Source: Cyanidioschyzon merolae
Lineage: Eukaryota
Assembly: GCA_000091205.1 (NCBI GenBank)
Contig: AP006498.2
Direction: 5' to 3' (one strand)
DNA: 64,000 bases
Each line of letters begins with the position of its first letter. Position 1 is the first letter of the stretch. This document shows positions 1 to 10,149 of the stretch, piece by piece. The position numbers were made by a program, and so were the translations under genes. The notes under the pieces are model-generated. The model had not been told where the DNA came from. It worked only from the letters and a program-made list of their open reading frames with translations, and made no database searches.

Positions 1-284
1 GTGCAAAATGCATCGGATGAATCCTATTCTAGTCTTTCAACGGAGTTTTGTTTGACCACCGCTGCGGTGTTGAGCTGGAGATCGAAATCACTATCCAATG
101 TACTGTATGGATCGTTGATGAATTTCATGTAGGATATATGCTTTACTCAAGAGTACGGGGAGGATTGCATTTCAGTCTGGGTTCAGTTATAAAATAGTAC
201 GCAGACTGTTGAGGAACACTGAAGGAAACAAGTATACGTGCTCCGCGCCAAAAACACGTTATCCTTAAACACGGATTGTGGTCA

Positions 285-2090
285 ATGGTAGAGAACCGGT
301 CCGTTGAACGCCCTAAGCAAAGCGTTTCCGACGATGGTAGTCGCCATGGACGTCTCTATTTCTCAACGGCACGTTCGTGTGATCGGAAAAAAACTGTGAT
401 ACAGTCGTAAAAAAGTCCTAGTGCATGAACTAATATCTTGCACCGAAATCGCAGCGACAGAATTCCTCGCATCTTGCGATAGCTAAGAAGCACAGGGACG
501 TCGATTTGTTTCTTCATTCGATGAGACTTGCTTCGGATGAAACCGTTGGAGCGTATATGGGTATTCGCGGAGCAGGGCGTCCGTTGTATGCACGGTCGAA
601 CTCGAAGAGAACGATGGTATCATAACCTGTTCTAACTTTGATGGATACATTTGGCGGCCTCAATTTCGCTTGTAATGAAGGTTCGTATAACAGCAACAAC
701 CACTTTTCCGAATCATAGAAGACATTTCCCTGTCGTCGGACGACGTCATTCTACTGGACGAAATAGTAATTCCCTACTCCATTTGCGTTCGAGCTTTTAC
801 CGATTCTATTGGGCTAGAGGTGCTTTTCATTGCGCCGTACTCTCCGTGGGTCATCCCCATCGATCGATTGTTTGATATCGTGAGAAGTTATGATAGCTCC
901 GCTGGGCGACTTGATGAATCATCAGCTCGCCTGATACGGGGGCACATGTCATCTTCTTCTGCAAGTCCTTCGGCTTCAGGGAAGGTCCTCACCTAAAGTC
1001 ATAAAAAATTGCGTTCATTGTCAAAAATAAAAATCCAAGGAATGCGATGGGGAGTGCACTTTAGAAGGTCGAGATAGAGAGCAGGCGGCGGAGCGCTTCG
1101 GCGATAGAAAAGCACAGAGAGCTGATTAAGCAGCAAATGGACAGAGGGCACGAGTTCGAGGACACCTTGCACTGGTAAGTTCCACCAGAGGCAATAAAAG
1201 CATGGAGTTCGTGAACGGAGAATTTAACGCCGCCATTAATGGCAGATGTGCGATGCTGGTGAAGAGACCCGAGGTGATTTTTTTCATATGACAAAACGTT
1301 TAGATTGATCATGGATCCCAGAATTCGGAAGAGATAATGGCTTTCAGGGAAGCGTCCATCATGAAGGACCCACCTTCAAGTTCCATCACTCATACGTCCT
1401 CTCGGATATACAGGTCGTTTCGTATGTTCTATCATGCGCCGAGTGCCTGGCGTGAACGCTCACCGTAGCGCCTATATACCGCTGAAGTAGATGCTGCACG
1501 GAGACAGAACGGGTTTGCCGTACCACTGAGGGCGTCGGCTCGAGGCGTGCTATATCCGACACGGAGCCGGACTACAAAATCATTCTGGGAGCCTGCAAAC
1601 TGTGCTGACAGACCTACTGCCTGCGGCAGCGCGATGCAATATACTAGGAGTCCACTGCGACCAGGGCGACGCCCAGATGCAGCTTTGCTGCGTCTACTCC
1701 CAGAATGAATTGCGTTCCAGACGAGCAGCTCAGGTTTCTTTAAAGAACCCACCACTGGAGGCAGCATGAAGCGCTAGCTAGCCCCGCAGACTCGTCCGGC
1801 TCGCGGGACCTTCCGCCTAGAGGGTAAATTTTCGAAGATACGGAAACTTTTCGCCATTTCAACGCTAACTATCAAGGTCGATAGAAACTGTTATCGATTT
1901 GCTAGTTAGCGGTTAGTTTCTGTTCTGTCACCCGAGGTGATGACGCAATACAGCTTTGTGAGACAGCCTCTCAGGCTCGAAGTATATTGGGATAAACTGA
2001 AACCGATAGCAGGCGACCGGTCAAAAAACCTGGGAGGGCCTGTGAGGGGGTATATATATGCACTCTTTGGTGGCGAAACGTTTTCGCTCC
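285..2090 (+). mobile_element. Composite repeat E1 (family C+B): non-autonomous TnpB/Fanzor-derived element, interrupted by a ~650-bp insertion at ~1312-1967
   Basis: 285-1000 is nucleotide-homologous to 31052-31500. 1030-1310 ('aaaaataaaaatccaagga...GNKSMEFVNGEFNAAING') and 1968-2090 ('gtgagacagcctctcaggctcg...') match 23650-24150 and 31540-32000. The RuvC-III motif is degenerate (RD->GE). Confidence 0.45.
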
Positions 2091-2218
2091 ACTGATCATC
2101 CACAGGTTGCTCTGCTCATGCGATTGCACGTGAGGATGCATCGTGGTTCCGCGTGATGCCCCACGCTACAGAGTCATCCGGGCGGGATGTGGGAGCTCGA
2201 AAGCACGTGATCGCTCCT

Positions 2219-2465
2219 GATTGGAAAGCATCTCATATATGCAGGGTACCAGTACGACCGGAAGTTTTCTTGTGCGTTCATAGCACTTCCAATTGGGAAG
2301 CATCTCATATATGCACGGTACCAGCAAGACAGGAAGTTTTCTTGTGCGTTCATAGCACTTCTGATTGCGAAGCATCTCATGTTTGCAGTGTACCAGTAAG
2401 ACAGGAAGTTTTCTTATGCTTCCATAGCACTCCTCATTGGGACGCATCTCACGTATGCACATGGT
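2219..2465. repeat. 72-bp tandem repeat (minisatellite), ~3.5 units
   Basis: The unit 'attgggaagcatctcatatatgcacggtaccagcaagacaggaagttttcttgtgcgttcatagcacttc..' recurs head-to-tail with a few substitutions per unit. The 135-aa ORF over it shows the matching periodic peptide repeat. Confidence 0.8.
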
Positions 2466-2650
2466 GCTCGAGCTGGCGGTTCCGAGCGATGCACCTCTTC
2501 GATAAGAGGCAGCGTAGGCTTGCTCAGACTCTGTTTGCGCCTTACCCTCAAGGAGCGTAGACTGGATTCGCTTGCCAGTGGTGCTTCCGAACTCTATGTA
2601 AATCGGAATTCAGAGTGCGGTGTCGGCCTAATTACCGCCTAAATGCATGA

Positions 2651-3905
2651 GTGATTGGAATGGAACATGGAACTGGTCGCCATGTTCCTAAATTTCGGAT
2701 TTTTCCGAACTTTGTTTCGTGGCACTGCCACCGCATTCGGAGTGCAGCAATAAGGACTTTTGGATTCATGCATAGTTTTCAGGTTTTCGGTCATTTTTTG
2801 GAATGGTTCCTTTGACGCTGTGCTGCTGAATTTCGTTAAGATACGGTCCTCAGGTGGATTCGCGACGTCCTCGAACAACGGTTCGAAGAATGGCCGGTTT
2901 TATCATCCCATTCAGGCGTGCAAGAATGCACGCTTCTCTTGTCCTCAGGCACAGCATGCGCAAAATACATATTCTTCTTTTTTTGATCCATCCGTTTGAC
3001 GGTTTCGCGTAGGCGCCGCACTTCGCACTGGTAGGTGCTCAAGGCAAAATCTTGACGTCTTCGCTTGAGGACTGGTTCGCGAGCTCATACCGAAAGTTCA
3101 CTGAACTTGGTACGTCAAGTAACGGATTTTGCTGGAAATGCAAATCCTCCTTTCTTGAAGGCAATCGGCGGAACGGGACGCAACAGCAGTTAGGTGTCGC
3201 CCTCGGGATATGCTCGCTGAACGCTCCCCTTCCTCTTTTGTTCGTGTGGCAAAGGGTTATGTGCTCGGATATGAGCCCTGACAAAGAACGCTTTCAGTGG
3301 AGCGCGCGTCACAGCTTTACATGAACGAGGCGTAGACGGATCGAAGCTTCTCGAATTGTCCTCCGACTTTGGGTTTTGTATTCAATACTTGTTTCATCAT
3401 GAGCAACGTCGCGTTCCACAGATCCTTTTTCGGATAGAACGGCGTACCGAGGAGTGTGCAGTGGACAACCTACTCACCGAGGGACTTACCCTGAAGAGGC
3501 TCGTAATCGTCCTGTACGGTATTGGGCACGGAAACGAAGGAAGGCATCAAAGGGCGCGCATTGAACCCGTCAAGGGTATATAACGGGCAATGAAGAGAGC
3601 GCTCTCGCGCTCAAGGGCAGCGCCCGAAGGACGAGTAGGATTAGCAAGAGGTGTACTGGTCCCATTGGAACACCTAACAGCAGTCAACTGCCACCGCTAC
3701 GAAGCCGGCTTTCAGGCTTTATGCACAGATGATGAAAATGGCAAGTCAAGCGTAGCTCGCAATTTCCACCTGCACATGAAATGCATAGACAAGTTCCCGA
3801 AGCGGTAAAACCGGGACATGCACACTGCCATCAGCATCCTTCGACTGATAATAACAGAGCTGGGAGACAAGAGAGATCGGTGTATTTAGGGCCGGAGACA
3901 CAATA
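2651..3905 (+). mobile_element. Family-A compact TnpB/Fanzor-like element, copy A1 (degenerate)
   Basis: It begins with the shared terminal motif 'ATTGGAATGGAACATGGAACTG'. 3300-3900 is homologous to 11680-12245 and 54500-55035 at the nucleotide level. The C-terminal coding remnant is '...LHMKCIDKFPKR' followed by 'RDMHTAISILRLIITEL', a CxxC-like motif plus RuvC-III 'D..AI.IL', broken by stops and frameshifts. Confidence 0.5.
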
Positions 3906-4266
3906 GAGGTCCAGGGAGCACTCATGGATGAGGCCTCCAAAGGCCGCTTTTGACGGCACTGAGTGCTATCTAAATATTAGTGTGCACGGTCGAGTTAGAC
4001 GATCCGTTCCATTTTATTCTTGCATGGGTATAAATAGATGAGCATGTGAGTCGAACCACCGCTAACAGGAACTCGAAATGCTCTGGCGGCGGTCCGGGTG
4101 CACTGGTCAACAAGTGACGCCATGGCTTACGCCACGAAAGGTAAAACCCGTATTGGGATGATCTGTACGGTCGCTTTCGGGCTCGGGTACCCTAGAAGCT
4201 TTGCGTTCCGTTCGTGCGCTTCGTTGCCTGGTTGTGAGTTTTCTATAGGTACGAGAAGCTCAGCGA

Positions 4267-5865
4267 ATGACAGACAACGATGCGCTGCGAGCGAAGAGCC
4301 TGCGAGCCCCCCGAAGTGTTGCCCCTGCCGGTGTGCGTTACAGCAACTGGCAAGTCAAGGTAGAGAGCCCGCGAGTGCGCTATACTGATGAGTTCATCTA
4401 CGCAGACTTCGAGTGTGATGAGGTGAAAGCATGTCCTAACGACGAGAAGAAGGAAACAATTGTGAGGACGCTGAGAAGAAAGCTTCAGTTCAGGACGGCG
4501 ATTCGCCCTCCGCGCCTGGGGCTGCTTCTCGTGGGCTGGGCTGGAAATAACGGTTCCACACTGACGGCAGCTCTGATCGCTAACCGTGAAAACATTTGCT
4601 GGCAAAGCCGGTGTGGAGTTTGCAAACCGAACTTTTATGGTTCACTGACGCAGTGCGCAAGTATGCACATCGGTTATGATGGTGGCGCTGATGTTTTCGT
4701 GCCGCTCCATGCCGTTGTACCGCTCGTGCATCCGAAAGATATCGTCGTTGGGGGCTGGGACATTTCCTCCGTAAACTTGGCCGACGCTCTTGAGCGAGCG
4801 CAGGTGCTCGAAGCAGATCTTCGCCAGCGCCTTCGACCGTTTCTGGAGCATCAGAAGCCCTGGGCGGGGGCGATGGACCCTACGTTTATCGCCCAAAACC
4901 AGCTCGGTCGCGCGGACAACGTCATATCAGGTAGCAAGTTCGAACAACTGGAAAAGCTACGAGAGGACATCCGAAGCTTCAAGGCAAAACACGGTCTTGA
5001 GACAGCGGTTGTGGTATGGAGTGCGAATAGTGAGCGGTACTCCGAGCTTTCGCCAGGGGCCGCCCACGATCCGGAACTTCTGCTTGAGGCCATCCGGAGG
5101 AATGAAGCCGAAGTATCACCGTCGATTCTATATGCTGTCGCTGCAATTCTCGAGCGCTGTCCATATGTGAATGGGTCTCCCCAAAATACACTCATCCCTA
5201 GTGTAGTGGAATTAGCTCGACGACACGCGATCCCTGTCAGTGGAGACGACTTCAAATCCGGCCAGACGAGGCTCAAGTCAGTACTCGTCGACTTTTTTGT
5301 CGGTTGTGGCCTGAAACCGCGAGCTATCGTGACCTACAATCATCTCGGAAATAATGACATGTACCAACTCACTGACGGCACCATGTGGAAGCCGAAAGCC
5401 GTCGCAAAATCTGGCGTTCTCACGGATATTGTGCAGAGTAATGGAGCACTGTACCCGAACGGCGAGGAGCCCGACCACGTCGTTGTTGTCAAATATGTTC
5501 CGTTTCTTGGGGACTCCAAACGAGATGTCAGCGAATACACCAGCGAGGCATTCATGGGCGGTCTCTACACGAACATCATCCACAACGAGGCGTTGGACTC
5601 TGTGCTCTGTGCTCCCTTGATTCTTGACACTGCAGTGCTGTGCGAACTCTTGACACGTGTCTCGTGGAGAGATTCCCCGAGTGAGGCGTATCAGCCGATG
5701 GATTCGGTGGCCGTTGCTCTAAGCTTCTTCATGAAAAACCCGGTGATGCCACACGGACTGCCGGCCGTGAATGCGCTCTGGCGGCAACGTCAATGTTTAG
5801 AGGACTTGCTGCGCGCCCTGGTTGGCCTCGGACCGCATCACGAGCTGCAGTATATGCTCGCTTGA
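4267..5865 (+). CDS. INO1: myo-inositol-1-phosphate synthase (eukaryotic type)
   Basis: Uninterrupted 532-aa ORF with the MIPS hallmarks GWGGNNGST(L)TA, NGSPQNT and SYNHLGNNDG-like region, and full-length collinearity with eukaryotic INO1/ISYNA1. Confidence 0.93.
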   Translation: MTDNDALRAKSLRAPRSVAPAGVRYSNWQVKVESPRVRYTDEFIYADFECDEVKACPNDEKKETIVRTLRRKLQFRTAIRPPRLGLLLVGWAGNNGSTLTAALIANRENICWQSRCGVCKPNFYGSLTQCASMHIGYDGGADVFVPLHAVVPLVHPKDIVVGGWDISSVNLADALERAQVLEADLRQRLRPFLEHQKPWAGAMDPTFIAQNQLGRADNVISGSKFEQLEKLREDIRSFKAKHGLETAVVVWSANSERYSELSPGAAHDPELLLEAIRRNEAEVSPSILYAVAAILERCPYVNGSPQNTLIPSVVELARRHAIPVSGDDFKSGQTRLKSVLVDFFVGCGLKPRAIVTYNHLGNNDMYQLTDGTMWKPKAVAKSGVLTDIVQSNGALYPNGEEPDHVVVVKYVPFLGDSKRDVSEYTSEAFMGGLYTNIIHNEALDSVLCAPLILDTAVLCELLTRVSWRDSPSEAYQPMDSVAVALSFFMKNPVMPHGLPAVNALWRQRQCLEDLLRALVGLGPHHELQYMLA

Positions 5866-6526
5866 AAGACCGCTGAATGCCTGGCGAGCTGCGTGTTGGA
5901 TGCGATGCACAGCGACAGGCTGCCGAGGCGAAGCGTCGCCTCTGAGATGTGATACATCGCATACGAGTGATACAAGAACATATAGAACCGCTCCTGGTCA
6001 TCGCGCATAAAAATGCTTGGGCTGTCGTTCAGTTTCGAAGAATTTGCTGTTTGCCCCGTTCAAATAAACCACTGCGGCGCTGGATCTTCGTGGATCGTTT
6101 AGTGTGCTTCTAGTACAGAGCACGAACCCGTTTACTTGCTAGTGGCGAAGATCATCCAAGAGCGCCCTCAATGGCCGATAGCGCAGGTTGCAGCGGACAC
6201 CGCAGCTATAAAAGCAAGGCTTACGCGATCGCTTGCCGGACACCAGGCTTGCAGCTTGATCCACGCTCCCGAATTGGTGTACTCTATTATGATCAACGCC
6301 GCGTCAAGGTTATTCCCCCGGAATTCTGCGATTGGCTGCTCGACCCCAAAACTGGAGACTAGTCCACGCTTCCACACACACACACACAAAAGTACGCTAC
6401 TCTGGTCGACGCCTTGAATTGGCGCAAATCTGCATCGCCACTCAACTCTTGGGAACCTTCGAATTCAGTTACATTCCGATGCATCCTCGATTATTCATGG
6501 GCCTGCACCTCCTGCTGTATGCGCAC

Positions 6527-7147
6527 TTACTCGATGATGCCAAGAATACGAAGCAAGAGTTCAATCTGCTGTGGCATCGTTTGTCCAGTCCAGTACTCTG
6601 TCAGCATGCCAGTCACGAAAAAGAACATCGCCGTCCGTCCGTTGATAACCTCTGCGTTTCTACAGAAACCGAAAACTCGCCGAGACTCCGCCTCCTTTGC
6701 AAGACGGGCGGCTTTATAACGCTCTGCGACGGCACGCAGCGCCCGACGCTGCTCGGCAAGCTCTATGGCGCTCAGTTTGTATCGCCCCGGAACGCGCTCT
6801 GTCGCACTGCTTTGGGAACTTCCGCCGGTGGGAACAGCTCCCGCTGCTTCACTGCGCCCAGATGACGAGTCTGTAGTCTGCGAGACGGGGCCTCGGTCTG
6901 CCTGGCCGGGTCGACTCGCAGCGTCGCCTTCTGCCAGAGCGGAGAGCCTTGTACGCAACGACTGACTGGAGCAGCTTCTCCAGGATCCTACTCGTTCTCG
7001 GCCAGTCTCGCTGAACTCGTGTCGAACTCTTGAACCATAGTTTCTCTTATTTGCCCCTTTCAGGCAAACAGTGGCGCTGGGACTTCGCCTGTGCCTTCCA
7101 GCAAGCCAGTGTGAACAGAACCCGCACGAGTTCGCCTCAAAAGCCAT
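6527..7147 (-). CDS. One-helix protein / high-light-inducible (OHP/HLIP, LHC-superfamily) -like protein with S/T/R-rich N-terminal presequence
   Basis: The C-terminal segment 'NAEVINGRTAMFFFVTGMLTEYWTGQ' fits the LHC/HLIP helix motif AExxNGRxAMxGF....E..TG. The N-terminal 150 aa are low-complexity and S/R/A-rich, like a transit peptide. The ORF overlaps a +strand ORF, so the exact start is uncertain. Confidence 0.4.
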   Translation of the reverse strand: MAFEANSCGFCSHWLAGRHRRSPSATVCLKGANKRNYGSRVRHEFSETGRERVGSWRSCSSQSLRTRLSALAEGDAASRPGQADRGPVSQTTDSSSGRSEAAGAVPTGGSSQSSATERVPGRYKLSAIELAEQRRALRAVAERYKAARLAKEAESRRVFGFCRNAEVINGRTAMFFFVTGMLTEYWTGQTMPQQIELLLRILGIIE

Positions 7148-7304
7148 TGTTCCACGTGGTGCTACCCTCGCTTTTTCGACTCGCCGCTCAGCGCACAGAC
7201 ACAGTTACTATTAAAGAAAGCGCTTGGGTGACAAGCTCTGAGCCAAGCGGAAAGCTAACGTTGACCAGAAAAGCAGCAGCAGCAGCAGCGGGGTACTAAA
7301 GATC

Positions 7305-8846
7305 GTGTACCTCTCTAGTATTTCCGCTGCAATGCATACGGGAATCGTGTTCACAAGCGGCGCACTTGCCCTGCACGATGGCGAGGTCGCGTTTGACTAC
7401 TGCGAGAATGCCAGGCGTGGACGAGGCTCTTTCCGGGACCAGCCTGAGAGTGCATTTTTGCTTTACAAGTCTAGAGCAGGCGTAAAAGCACAATACGCTG
7501 TGGAAGAGAGCGACAGGGGCTGGAGTTGCTCCCTGTGGGTAAAGCTGCGCGTCGGTCGCTCAGCTCGAAGCACTGCAGCTTTGGTACCGGAGCCTGACCC
7601 GCGGTACCTCGGGAAAAGTATGCTTGTCTGTGACCAGGTTTTCGCTATTGGTTTGAGTTGCGTTGATCTCGCGCTACACCAGGTAGACAGGCTGCCGCTG
7701 CACGCTGATGATCTCGTGCAGTTTTGTGGCGTTGATTTTGTACCTGGAGGCGGCGTCTACCACACGCTCGAGTCGCTCGCCAGTTTGCTGCGGTGTGCTG
7801 CAGACGAGGGCAATTCTACCGTTCCTCGGTTGCAAGCGGTCACGCTCGTCGGAGACGATATCTTTGGGAGGTTTTATGCACGCCGCGTTTCCGAAGATGT
7901 TTCACCAGAGGCTTCGCGGACCGTGGCTTTCACGAACGAGGCAAACACTGCACTCGCTGTGGTACCCATCTATCGCGACGGAAGTCGAGGCTGTTTCGTA
8001 GACCTTGGTGCGAATCGAGTGCTTTCCGGTGAGCGCATTGTGCAGAGTGTCGCGGAGCTTCTCGCTGGGGCGAAGTTGGCGCATAGCGCGGACACCAAGC
8101 CTACTGTGCTCGTACATCTCGCGTATCCGCATTTGCTGCCAATGCTACGAGGCGAACGACTCGAGGAGCTTTTCCGCGAGCTTACCATACAGGCTGGATT
8201 GGTAAATGCCGCTGCAGTTTTTAGCGTAGACGTGAATGGCGCCACCAGGGATTCTGGATCATCGACGGACATTAAAAAGGGTGCGCTCGAGTCTATTCTC
8301 CATCACGTGGATATTTTTCATGCGAACTACGAGGAAGCCTGTGCACTTCTGGACGAGCAAATGATCGTGACACGTGAGACCTCTGGAGCGGATCTGGAGG
8401 CAGCCACATCCTCTGCAGCGTTGGTGCACTGTGTTCGCGAGCACGGACGAAGGCTGCTTCAGCGCTTAAAGGACCGCTTCTTCAACCCTGCGTCTCCGGA
8501 GAAGAGCGGCGATCGCCTGCTCGTTGTTGGGGTCACGATAGGACGGGAAGGCGCATGGCTCGTGGCGGGCTCGCGAGACGACCTGCAGACTTTTACGTGC
8601 ACACAAGAGCAGTATATACCGCCACCGAGCATCCCAGACCAGCAGCGAATCAACGCAAACGGTGCAGGAGACGCGTTTGTGGCGGGACTGTGTTTTGCCT
8701 ACCTGCGGGCCAGTCGTGGGCGCGAATCAGGTACGCAGCGCCCGCAACGCTCCCCAGCAGCTTGGACACAGTTCTTTGCTGATAACGCTCTGAGAGCAGT
8801 CACTCGCAAACTCTCCATCAAACGAGGAAACCATGCGATCTGGTGA
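7305..8846 (+). CDS. PfkB-family carbohydrate/ribokinase-like kinase
   Basis: The C-terminal PfkB signature-2 'NANGAGDAFVAGL' is preceded by a ribokinase-fold block (VDIFHANYEEACAL). The N-terminal ~230 aa are unassigned and the true start may lie downstream. Confidence 0.55.
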   Translation: MYLSSISAAMHTGIVFTSGALALHDGEVAFDYCENARRGRGSFRDQPESAFLLYKSRAGVKAQYAVEESDRGWSCSLWVKLRVGRSARSTAALVPEPDPRYLGKSMLVCDQVFAIGLSCVDLALHQVDRLPLHADDLVQFCGVDFVPGGGVYHTLESLASLLRCAADEGNSTVPRLQAVTLVGDDIFGRFYARRVSEDVSPEASRTVAFTNEANTALAVVPIYRDGSRGCFVDLGANRVLSGERIVQSVAELLAGAKLAHSADTKPTVLVHLAYPHLLPMLRGERLEELFRELTIQAGLVNAAAVFSVDVNGATRDSGSSTDIKKGALESILHHVDIFHANYEEACALLDEQMIVTRETSGADLEAATSSAALVHCVREHGRRLLQRLKDRFFNPASPEKSGDRLLVVGVTIGREGAWLVAGSRDDLQTFTCTQEQYIPPPSIPDQQRINANGAGDAFVAGLCFAYLRASRGRESGTQRPQRSPAAWTQFFADNALRAVTRKLSIKRGNHAIW

Positions 8847-8847
8847 T

Positions 8848-10149
8848 TTATTTTCTCTTGCCGGATCCTACAGCTTTCATGCTCGCTTGTGTGTCATTGC
8901 TGGCGGAATCAGCAACCGGAATCGATGCAGACTGCTTGGGCTGTTGGCTGCGAGCAAGGGGATTCGACATGCTTATGATCCGCTCGTAGTCTCTTGGCAA
9001 TAAATGTCTGACCGCGTCCCGCTCTTCAATAAGTTCTTTTCGTGTGCGCTCCATCATGCTGGCACTGAACTCGTCGACCGGGAGCTCCAAGATACGACGA
9101 AAATGTGCACCAGGGCAGAGGCAGGGCACGGAATACCAGAGACATGCATCGATTCCATACGAGCCATCACTTGGCACCGACATAGACAGCCACTTATTAC
9201 CAGCGCCGAGCCACAGATCCCGCATATGATCGATTGCTCCATTAGCCGCAGATGCGGCTGAACTGGCACCACGAGCCTCAATCACCTCCGCACCGCGTTT
9301 CTGAATCCGAGGGATGAACTCGTTTCTGTACCAGTCTTCATCGATGCGTGGACGGATCCATTCGCCGCGTACCAGGGCATGTGACAGATCTGGGTACTGC
9401 GTCGTCGAGTGATTACCCCAGATGATGACACGCTCCACCTCGGCGACATCACAGTGCATCTTCAGCGCAAGCTGCGTGATAGCGCGATTCTGATCGAGGC
9501 GGCTCATCGCGGTAATCTGCTCTGCCCAAATATCCGGAGCGTTTGCTGCCGCCACCAGCGCGTTGGTGTTCGCGGGGTTCCCGACGACGAGGACTCGGAC
9601 CTCACGCGACGCTACCTTGTTCAGTGCCCGACCTTGTTCAGCAAATATCTGCGCGTTAGAGGCCAGCAGATCGCGGCGCTCCATGCCAGGCCCTCGAGGC
9701 TTTGCACCGACCAGAATCGCAAAGTCTGCATCCGCAAAGCCCTTATCCACCTGGTCTGTCGCACTGACGCTCTTTAGCAGCGGAAACGCACAATCCTCCA
9801 GTTCCATAACGACGCCACGAAGCGCCTTCATGCCTTGTGGCGTCTCAATGCAGCTGAGATGTATCGGCTGATTCTTTCCCAACATTTCTCCCGAAGCGAT
9901 GCGGGTTACAAGTTGGTAGCCGATTTGTCCGGCAGCACCGGTGACGGCCACCCGCAAAGGCGGCAGCAGATCCGACAACTTTCCAACAGCACCACTACCA
10001 GAAGCAGCACCAGCAGCACTCTTAGGTGACGCGGTTGCCTCCGTTGCCAGCCATCTGCAACCCAGGCGTTGGACCAGCCTCGCTCCAAAGCGTCGTGCTA
10101 CGTTCATCAGCGAGTCAACAAGGGAGTTCAAGGCACCGTGCAGCAGCAA
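8848..10149 (-). CDS. MDH: Malate dehydrogenase, cytosolic/LDH-like type, with ~70-aa N-terminal and ~60-aa C-terminal extensions
   Basis: Contains '[14 protein letters not shown]', '[18 protein letters not shown]', '[13 protein letters not shown]' and '[12 protein letters not shown]', the canonical NAD-MDH (MDH1-type) motifs in order. Confidence 0.9.
   Translation of the reverse strand: MLLHGALNSLVDSLMNVARRFGARLVQRLGCRWLATEATASPKSAAGAASGSGAVGKLSDLLPPLRVAVTGAAGQIGYQLVTRIASGEMLGKNQPIHLSCIETPQGMKALRGVVMELEDCAFPLLKSVSATDQVDKGFADADFAILVGAKPRGPGMERRDLLASNAQIFAEQGRALNKVASREVRVLVVGNPANTNALVAAANAPDIWAEQITAMSRLDQNRAITQLALKMHCDVAEVERVIIWGNHSTTQYPDLSHALVRGEWIRPRIDEDWYRNEFIPRIQKRGAEVIEARGASSAASAANGAIDHMRDLWLGAGNKWLSMSVPSDGSYGIDACLWYSVPCLCPGAHFRRILELPVDEFSASMMERTRKELIEERDAVRHLLPRDYERIISMSNPLARSQQPKQSASIPVADSASNDTQASMKAVGSGKRK

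Noticed and set aside
2219-2465. Possible CRISPR array (regular repeats)
   Set aside because: The 72-bp units are directly adjacent with no unique spacers, the context is eukaryotic and there are no cas genes. It is a minisatellite.
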